A DNA stretch of 64,000 nucleotides from Phoronis australis (lineage: Eukaryota; Animalia; Phoronida). Shown here piece by piece: positions 54,930-64,000 of this stretch (position 1 is the stretch's first letter; each line of letters opens with the position of its first letter). The notes below the pieces were generated by a model. That model was given only the letters and a program-made list of their open reading frames with translations, had not been told where the DNA came from and made no database searches. The stretch lies in assembly GCA_002633005.1 (NCBI GenBank), contig NMRA01000155.1, forward strand, positions 241,844-305,843. Reading direction: 5' to 3'. The position numbers and the translations under genes are program-made.

Positions 54930-57900
54930 CTATATATATATATTTCACCCCTCCCGGCAATAGGTACAGACAGCTACCCGTCATGGTGTTCATACATGGA
55001 GGAGGTTACATCGCTGGTTCCAAAAACACGTATCTTGGCAATGGCTTGGTCCAGAGAGAGGTTATTTTGGTCGTAATAAACTATCGACTGGGTCCATTTG
55101 GGTTTTTGGCTACTGGTATGTATTGTTCATGGCTGTACTTGTAAGCATATGATTGCCTTTGTTCTGTAAGGTTTCCAGTTACAAGAAATAGAAAAAGTCA
55201 ACATTTTTTAAAATGTCTCCTGTCAACTTTGTTACCAAGAGTGACAGCCCTGTGCATGCTTCATTTAGTTCCCAATCACGTGCTTTTAGGGAGAGCATGA
55301 AAATCGGATTAGCCTTTTTAAGCAATCGACTTCAGGTTCCGGTGACTGATCAAATGAAATGAAGATTTCAAAACTTAGTATTTTTATTAGCGTGTTTGAC
55401 AGTTCGAAAACCGGTCTGTCATACCTGTTTCCCAGATTCCAGTAAACTTATCTCAATCGCGGCAGCTGTACACATGCGTAATTACGTAGAGCACCAGTTC
55501 AAAAACGAGGCGGTACTAGGTCTTCACAAACAACAGAGAGTAATATTTTTACATCGTTCTGAACACGTATCAACCAATATTATTTCACAGTTATATTCCT
55601 AACAGGAGACAAGGCTTCAATAGGTAATTACGGTCTAATGGATCAACATGTGGCTCTGAAGTGGGTGAAGGAAAACATTGGGCACTTTGGAGGTGATCCT
55701 GATGAAGTTACTATATTTGGAGAATCAGCTGGAGCCGGAAGTGTTATGTTCCAAGTCATTGCACCCATCAATAGAGGAATATTTAAACGAGCCATTCTTG
55801 AGAGTGGTGGCACCGAATGCCCATGGTCACTCGTCAACAACGAAACAGCCCTTGCAAACATGAAAAAGCTGGCGGCTAAATTGAACTGTTCCTCAAGAAG
55901 CACTCACATGATGGTGAATTGCCTGAAGCGAATTGACGCCATGGATGTCATTATGGTGACTGCGGGAGACTTTCTGAACCCTGATAATATGAGCCCTGTC
56001 GTAGATGGTCATTTCATTACAAAATCACCGGAGCAGATGTACAAAGATGGCGTAGCAAGAAATATAACCGTTATGTCGGGACGAACGAGGCACGAGGGTT
56101 ACATGTATATTACTTACCCAGAACAAGTACTACAAGAAACTCGTATGGAGGATAAAAGTCCGTCCTTTGCCAAAGCATTCGACTTCTATTACTCTGATGT
56201 CATTAAGACTGTTAAAAGTGGACTTAAAGACAAGGAGAGCATATTGCAATTTACCGACTTTGTGACAGACTCTCAATTTTCGCATTGCATTGAGAAAGAC
56301 GCCAATCTACATGTTAGGTAAGAAAACGACTATGGTTGTGAAGAGATATCTTAGTAATGACCAACTGAAATGAAAATTAAATTAGCTGTTAGCACTTGGA
56401 GAGGATTATCATTTATTTATTTCAAGGTGAGATATATAAAAGTAAAGGTTAGCGACAAATCAAAGTGACCGGAAGAGAATATTCTACAGTATGTTCTCAA
56501 CCAACTTTATTCTGCTCGTCGACAAGTTTGTCCATTAGATACATGCAGATGATTTTCAGAAGACATTTGAAACTGCGTAGGATGAGTTGATACGGCAGTT
56601 TCTCTTCTGGAAGTTGAACAGTCCGTAACATTTCTTTGAAGATGCACTAAGTAGTTCCTTGACATGTGGAGTTCGTTCCGCAGACCAAAGTATTCCGCCA
56701 TAGAGCGAGATAACGCAAGACCGTGTAAAAGTAGATGGGTGGAAAGCAATTCACTCGCGCACTAGCTGAATGTAACTTACATTCTAGCAAAACAACAATT
56801 GGTCTGCGAGGGTAGACTGGCGAATTATGAGACAAAAACCATGAATTAGGGGTTAGAATTCGCTGCCTTCCTTCCATAAGCTTAGATTTCTTTCCGCAAG
56901 ACAATGCCATGCATGAGTTTGTTTAAAATTGTCAAATTCGTCGAATCGCTGACACCCGGGTAGTTGTTACGACACTCCCTTCAAACTATTATGGCCTGCA
57001 CCAAAACGACTTACTTAATTTTAAGAAAGAGATAAGCGATCGGCACTTCAATTTGAAGTCGTCGAAAACTCGTGCCCTTATTTGGAATGTGATAATTGAA
57101 ATGAGATGCTTATCGCTGAGCATTAGTATGGAGCATGGAACAGTTTGGGTTTTTTTAACCTCATATTATCTCTCGAGGGGTTTCATAGATGTACATGTCC
57201 GAACTTCAATCATACCAGCAAAGAAATTTATTTCATCAAAATACTTGTCAGAAACACGGCCTCAGCCTAGCGTGACCCAACAGCCGTACGCTACTTCAGT
57301 TTTAAATTCTTTGTCTACCTCTTGATGTACAGTTATCTCTTGTTTAAGCCTGTTGTCACTGGGAGTATCTTAGTTTGTATTCTCCTTTTTTTAGAGTTAC
57401 GTGACTTGTAGTTATGATCAGAGTTCGCACACGCACAGATATGATACACCTCCAAGGAACACATTAAGGTAGCAAAAATAACTGAGGTGTTCCTGATGAC
57501 GCAATAATGTCTGATTTTGAAAGTAAGCCAAAGCCTATCGCATGTCGATTTCATTCTCTATGGCGTACGTCTACTTGATGCCGGAACTTCACTGGGTGGA
57601 TTTCTAATTTACATTATCTTTTGTTTCAGCAACGGAGGCAAATTATACATGTTCATCTTTAACTTCCATGCTGGTATATCTCTCTTTACGAATTCCACAA
57701 CCCCGGACTTCATATACGGATCGCATGGTGACGAGCTGGCGTACGTGTTCGGCAGTGCGTGCGTAAGCATGCCAGAGTTTGAATCAGTGACATCATTTTC
57801 CGGAAAGACCAAAAGCGATATCACCATGTGCCATGCAATGATGGACATGTGGACTAACTTTGCCTACACCGGGTAAGATATCCATAAGATCCGCCATCTG

Positions 57901-58709
57901 CACAAAAACAGTTTTGGTTTAGGCCACTCACTATTGTAAAACAGGAGCTCTTGTTACTGAGATAGATTAGAATCTGACAAATGAACAAGTTGTGGCCAGT
58001 TTTGCGTTAAGAGTTTTAAATCAAAATTTAGAGCGGCATTTAACTGTGGATAAATCCACTATCCGTAATCTCGGGTAAGTTACCTTGCAACTGTTCTGAA
58101 CTGGTGTCTTATTCAAAAATAAGTGGGATAATCCAGGTTAACGAGTCTGGTGACAACGAATAACAAATAACTAGGCGTGTCTTCTTCTTCTCGTCCAAAA
58201 ACTACTTAAGCAAGCTGAGACATTGCAGTGTTATAACGGAAGTCTGATGAAATTGAAGTTAAGTTAGAACTGATGGGGATTATAGCAGTTTTAACTTTTC
58301 GCTGAAAAATTAAAGCTGTTGACAGTTTCTCCTTAACTTTGTATTAACTTTCCTTCGTCATTGATTGCTTCAGTTTGCAGGGCGTGTAAAACAAATATCA
58401 GAAGTAACATATGCTTGCATTTGAACATTTCTCATCAATCGTTTATTGTTTGTACGTTTCAGACATCCTTTTATGGGCAGACGACATTTCAATTTGCATT
58501 GGCCTCAGTACAAAATGGATAAACGATACATCTTCAATATCAACGAAAATCTGACCATGTCATCTGGCGACGACCTCATAGTTTCACCCCATGGCAATCC
58601 AGAGCTGTTCCGTCCCAAGAAGATCGAGTTCTGGAATAAGTTAGCACCGAAACTCAAGAAAATCGACATGCCCATGCCATGCAATGCGACAACTAATGGG
58701 ATGACCTAG
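46521..58709 (+). CDS. Secreted tandem two-domain carboxylesterase/cholinesterase-family protein, copy 2 (~1104 aa)
   Basis: Exons 46521-47950, 48502-48791, 50359-50599, 54964-55115, 55606-56317, 57630-57872, 58463-58709. Exon lengths and phases are identical to copy 1, there are no stops, and it has the same FGVGSGA (dead) and FGESAG (active) motifs. Confidence 0.9.
51001..52082 (+). mobile_element. HINE-like element in intron 3 of esterase copy 2
   Basis: tttttatgcccccacatat-tt-atatgtggg 5' hairpin, internal ttcatgaaattt(a/g)gcaaa core repeats, and an imperfect 3' stem-loop at 52063-52077. Confidence 0.6.
52384..53987 (+). mobile_element. Kolobok-like non-autonomous DNA transposon (1.6 kb) with TTAA TSD and THAP remnant
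   Basis: TTAA at 52380-52383 and 53988-53991. Imperfect TIRs AGACGAATGCCACCC / (reverse complement) AGGAGCATGCCACCC. The empty site cgttTTAAattc is at 30673-30676 in the paralog. Degenerate MLQCIVPVCTN...LRVCG THAP-like reading. Confidence 0.85.
54874..54942 (+). repeat. (CA)n(TA)n microsatellite upstream of the exon-4 acceptor
   Basis: Directly visible; the CA tract is expanded relative to 31593-31650. Confidence 0.92.
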
Positions 58710-59244
58710 TTAACCGAGGTGGTGTATTCCTTGCATTGAAGGAACAATATTTGGCTATGCACCCATGACATATTCGTCTGATAGATATGAATATTCTTTG
58801 AAGAAAAAGAATTTTATAAGTGGAATATTTTCTTCTTTTTGCAATCCACTGAGAAACAAGTAGTAAACTTGTTGAAGATAAGATTTTTAAGAACGCAACA
58901 TCAAATTTAATTTCATACTAATTTTTTCCATCAACTCATGCTGCGCCATAGGATTTCATTTTTATGGTAGAGTCGATACTTACGTTATGTATGACCATGT
59001 CTGGGTTCACAGCATTTTTTAATGCTGCAGATATTCTAGAATACAGTGGAATGTAACTTTGAACCTGAGTCTTCAATACAAAAGCAAAAAAGTCAAATTC
59101 AAAATTGCATATTTACAAGTTTCAATTTCAGCGTCAATTCTTTAATGCACATATACAAGCCCCTATCGTAACATCTAACTTTTGGTTTGCACCGCTTCAT
59201 GTCATTAGAATCTCCTGTTCTAACAAGTGTATCGTTTTCTTCAA

Positions 59245-59975
59245 AGGAAAATGCCACCCGATTTAATTAGTCTTTTATACCCTGTCAATCGGTCTATATC
59301 CACATCGCCTCGTTACCTTGCTGAGAGGTGTTGCGTTAACCTGTAAGGAAGGTGAGAAGCGACGTCAGTGCTTAATCTGCAGAGTGAATGCCGCTAAATT
59401 GCGGTGCATCGTTCCCGCTTGTCCGAACAATGAAGCTGCGAGGAAAGCGGTTATATCGTTTTGTCGACTTCCTCCAGAGCCCGAAATGCTTAAGAAGTGG
59501 CTTGGGGGTAGTGAAAACTGAATGAAAAGTATGCTGTGAATAGCAAGTACGTTATGAGGCCGTGAAACAGCTCCGTGTCTGTGGCCGGCATTTCGTCGAC
59601 ACTGATTTCCGTCTGACGAATGCCGGCTTGTTCCAAAGAAATATCCATACGTTCCGTTGCCTGTGCATGTTCACGGCGCCTCTTCAGTATTTCTTGATCA
59701 GTGTATTCTGCTTCGTCGTATGAGCTCTCGTGTCTAACTCGGGATTGCCAGTTGCCACGTTGACTTACGTTTATTCTTCTGCGTTCTGTTTCATAATGAA
59801 TTATTCTCAGTCGAACCAGTGTTTCTGAAACAAATTCTGCCTCATTAGATACAATTTGTAATGCTTTTGGAGTATTCATGAGTGCAAATTTTTGAGAAGC
59901 CAGCAATGAATAAACCACTGCGTTACCAGATTTAGATGCAATAAAGGTAATTGACCAGGCACCGCGGCCGTGTGA
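59245..59975 (+). mobile_element. Truncated Kolobok-like element with THAP remnant (duplicate of 35915-36642)
   Basis: AGGAAAATGCCACCCG terminus; CIVPACPN...SFCRLPPEPEMLKKWL...RVCGRHF. Confidence 0.75.
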
Positions 59976-60259
59976 TTGCAGTACGTTTCGTGTTGATTGG
60001 ATACGAATAAAGAAACAAAAATATTACAAAAACAAAAAGATATTCATGGAAAGGAGATTTTTCATTTCACCAAGTAATAAGGATTTTTTGTCTTTTCTCT
60101 ACGCCTGCTTTACTATTACTGATTAAGTAGTTGTTCAGACCATGTGGCTGATGAGGCGTACATGAGTCATGGATCGTCTGATTCTAGACCAGTCTGCGTT
60201 CTTTTTAAAAACAAGCTGTCATGATACAAACCGTAATTTTGTGATGATGAACTTCACTA

Positions 60260-60438
60260 TAGACCTTATTCACGCAGTCGCCATTTCAGTAGTTAGCCTC
60301 TTTTTAGGTTCAAAGGCATAAATACTAGAAAGCACGCCAAAAAATCACGCTTTGCGCTGTGATTAAGCTCTGAATGCATCGTTTTTAAGACCTATAACGA
60401 GGCTTACTTTAAAATGGCGACTGCGTGTATAATTTGTA
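60260..60438. mobile_element. Palindromic MITE (duplicate of 36931-37124)
   Basis: Same inverted arms, with a small internal deletion. Confidence 0.65.
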
Positions 60439-63400
60439 AGCAAGTAAATGGGCTTCTGATTAATTCATATGCTCCAAATTATAACACTTCATCGTTGCTC
60501 AAAACAATCGATGATATTCCTTAAGTGACAGATATAGTTCATGCGATATGTGGGGACCAGCTCAGAAGTTTGAGAAAGATTGGTAAACTATATGCGACTC
60601 AACAACACACAGGGCGAGGTAATTAAAATGACTTCGCCCCTGGTTTATACCTCTCCTCTACATTCATTTTAGTATATCCCTGATGTCTCCACCATCCTGC
60701 TGAAAAGAATACTTTCTGGAAGAAAACTAGTCATGGAGATTCAATAATTCCCTTTAGTATATTGCTGGTGTTAACTTTGTAGAGAAAACCATTATCAGCG
60801 TTAATGAGCAAAATGCAACTGTGCTTTGAAACAACGATGATCTATTGGCTATTTCAATTTAATTTCGTGTGAAGAAATTGGCCCAACGTTACAAAAATGA
60901 CTGTTTAGAAAAAGAATTGTGTTTTCTAGTGAAATTAACTAAAAACAGACATTGCAAAAATTCTCAAACAAACCTAAAAAGAGTCTGATCTCCAGTTTTG
61001 AGATACGATAATCCGAAGTTAGCCAAATTTTAGCATGTTGGGGTCCTACACATAACCTTAATGTGAGATTGTTTCACAAACAAATTGATAAACGAACATT
61101 TTGGAACACGTATGTGTATATTATTATTTTATGATTAACTGTGCTAAATTAAGGAATTCGTTGAGCCTATAAAACGTTGTTCATACTTTCCAATAGAAAT
61201 CTCTCACAACCGTATTTTACACGTGTTGGGTGTTCGATAGAGAATGCACTCGAACACAATTACGGAGAGGGTGTAATCGGAAACCTGTTTGTACAACTCC
61301 ATGGAAGTGTATATTCTGCTTTTTGCCGTTGCCACATTCGATTCCAATAGCAGGAGAACGTTTCTGTCTGTTGAAAGTGATAACGACAGACAACAGAGCC
61401 CTCTTCCAACTCTTGAATTAGCTTTTCAGATGAAAAGGCTAGAGGTCAGTCATCAGCCAAGATAGTCATCAAGTCAATTGCAAAATGGATATTTTTGTGG
61501 TTTGATTTTGTGGTTAGATATAAAACGTTTGGTTAGAAAAGTTGAGTTATTAATGATGAAGCAATTAACGTACCCTTTAATGTCCAGGGTAGTTTATTAA
61601 CGAACGGAGACTTTCTTAGCACTTCAGTCTGTTGTAAATCCCTGACAAACATCTGGTTCTTGACTGGTCAATTAGTGATGAGGCCGACCGGTTTGTTTAA
61701 ACCTGTTGAGCTTCATAATTCAGATGATAAACGCCGGGACAGAAAAGTTACCATTTCTCACTGCACATGTCACTCACCATATATGTTTTGTTTTGGTTAC
61801 AGTGCAATTGAACACAGCTGTGCACTATGGCTAAATTATGTTGATAGAGAAAGGTACATGTAGACATGCTCTTGTGGACCAAAAATACAGTGTGTGTTGT
61901 TTCTGTGTGTCATTAATTGCAGATTGATACCATTTCACATGTGTTTTTAAAAAGTACTGTGAGAGCTTCATTTATGGTGCTGGCGTGAACCAAATTAACA
62001 TGAATTTGTAAAGCTAATGAAAATGTCGGAGACTATTGCTCAGATTAATCTAATGAAATTTGTATTTCACGCCACTACCCTCAGAGTTATCCTGTAAATT
62101 TGTAACATGTGGGCCAAGACCTTTTAGGAGTAAAAAGAAACGCCAGTATATCACCATCTATTTCATTTCAACATTTAATAATGTTGAATCCAATAGATGA
62201 TGATATAGTAGCATTTGGTTTTCCTTTGTTTTTGTGATGTTCCTTGACGGATTTAAATGAAATTCGGTAAATGATATATATTTGTTTTTGGATAGATTCG
62301 GCGTATTTTGCGCCATCTCGAAGCCAAAGTTTTGATGACACAAATAATAGGCGGACTTAGGGGGGTCAGCCCCCCTGGCAGTCGCAAAAAAAATAAAACT
62401 GCAAGAGCGCCATCGTTTTCGTTTTTTATTCCTCCATTTGGTAAAACGTCTGCATACCCAGAAATGAGAGTCCCCTAGATTGTAGCCTGGACGCACGCAT
62501 GCAATCGTACTTTCCGCGATTACCGAACACGAAATGGTGGGTCCCCCCATATGATATCCTATATCCGCCACTGCAAATAAGCAGTCATGGAAGTGCACCA
62601 TTTGTGGTGCATTTATGGGCGCATTTCAGAGCTCCGCGTTGCTCTTGTCTTTTCTTAGATTGATCTTGGAAAGGGGAGAATTGCCATCGCGCTTCAACCA
62701 ATATTTGTCTAGTTTATCCAACTTTATCCCGTCGAGTTGAGGCCCTCAGCACAGCAGTAATACGTCGTTGGTATTGGGAGGACGAATAGAGTACTGCAGC
62801 CGAGAACAACTTGTTAATAATATGGCAACAACAAAGTGAATGTAATTTTCCAATGGCGTGTGTGAGGATATAAATAATGCTTGTGAGATATTGGAACACA
62901 GTGAGATTTAAGCGTCGTTGAGTAATATAGAACGGCCCTATGGTCGGTAAAATATGAGATCTGAGCTCACGTTATTACAGAAAAATCCAATCTCTATTCA
63001 GAATGTGCTTTTAAGAAGTATTTTTGAGTGGAGTCATGATATATTGTCGATTTCTACGACATGTTGTTTGACAGTTGTTGGTGAGCCGACTCGTAGACGA
63101 GCCTGTCTCGCCATCTGGTGGCTGTCGAAGTGTAATATCTCTTGCACCCAAATGACTTGGAGATAATTATTAAACAATATTGAAATTACGCTTAAGACTT
63201 TGAATATGATTAACAAACTACGAAAGGCCAATTTGGTTTTAACAAGAGACCATTTTTATTTTTATAAGAGATTTTTTATCGATTTCTCAATCTGCCTGCC
63301 AGCACTCGAAAATTTTTGTATTCGTTTTGTGCGAGACAATTCGATTGTTGACTAGTATCACACATCAATATACACGATTGTACTTTTGTTTAAGTACCCA

Positions 63401-63567
63401 TGTCCTTTATCATTTCAGTAAGTACACATCGTGAGTTGAGTTGAAGTGGCAGTGGTTATTGTTTAAAAGCTCGTGCAACTGTATACTGTCGCTTTTACAG
63501 TGCAAAAAGGCGTTGTGGTGTGTACAAACATTTCTGTTGATTCAGTAAGCGCCTCCCACCAAGACCA

Positions 63568-64000
63568 ATGTTTGTATCTTGTTTTTTTGTCATCGCGATA
63601 TTTATGTGTTCGTGCCAAGGCAACGTTATGAAGGTAGAACATTTCAGGAAACTTCACGGTTCCGATAATTTAGGAAATGCTCAGGTGTTCCGCACTTATT
63701 CAGTTACGACGTTATCAGAATGTGCGCTAGGCTGCATATCTGAAGATTGTAAGTCGTTCAGTTGTGATGGCCATGAAAAGATTTGCGAGCTATGCTCATC
63801 AGTAGCCAATTCGACGTCACAGTCGTCTCGGCGCACCGGTTTTAGTCATTGGCGAGTTGCTGCGGTTAATGAAGGATTGGTCGAAGAATCACATATGCTG
63901 ACTTCAAACAACACCTCAGTGTGGATAAGCGATGGCACTTCTCAGTCAACACCTATCATTTCTACGACGACAATCGATACTGTTCCCACCACTACTGACC
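63568..64000 (+). CDS. PAN/apple-mucin secreted protein copy 4 (open to the window end, 3' incomplete)
   Basis: ATG at 63568, then MFVSCFFVIAIFMCSCQG-NVMKVEHFRK...ECALGCISEDCKSFSCDGHEKICELC...STPIISTTTIDTVPTTT. No stop before 64000, so it is absent from the ORF track. Confidence 0.8.
   Translation, partial: MFVSCFFVIAIFMCSCQGNVMKVEHFRKLHGSDNLGNAQVFRTYSVTTLSECALGCISEDCKSFSCDGHEKICELCSSVANSTSQSSRRTGFSHWRVAAVNEGLVEESHMLTSNNTSVWISDGTSQSTPIISTTTIDTVPTTTD

Larger units (their letters stand above)
37669..60980 (+). repeat. Tandem segmental duplication unit 2 (~23.3 kb); unit 1 ~10485-37668, unit 3 starts ~60981
   Basis: Collinear high identity, for example 24800-40640 versus 46521-63890 (offset ~21.7-23.3 kb), including introns and intergenic DNA. 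Confidence 0.9.

Overview
AT-rich eukaryotic genomic DNA with spliced GT-AG genes, LINEs, DNA transposons and an N gap. It is most consistent with an invertebrate animal, and I see no prokaryotic operons, rRNA, tRNA or CRISPR. Most of the window (about 10.5-64 kb) is a tandem array of a ~23-27 kb unit carrying two secreted-protein genes on the + strand. One encodes a PAN/apple-domain protein with a Thr/Ser-rich mucin-like tail (4 copies in different states). The other is a 7-exon, ~1104-aa tandem carboxylesterase/cholinesterase-family gene (2 intact copies): its N-terminal domain has lost all three catalytic-triad residues, while its C-terminal domain keeps GESAG/E/H. Upstream of the array is a single-copy 2-exon orphan gene with an RG-repeat N-terminus. 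Comparing the duplicated units shows filled and empty sites for a TTAA-targeting THAP-containing (Kolobok-like) transposon and for a 5'-truncated LINE with a 15-bp TSD. It also shows many TA->TACATGTA 6-bp insertions that look like Tc1/mariner excision footprints, some adding dipeptides in frame to coding sequence. All alignments were done by eye.
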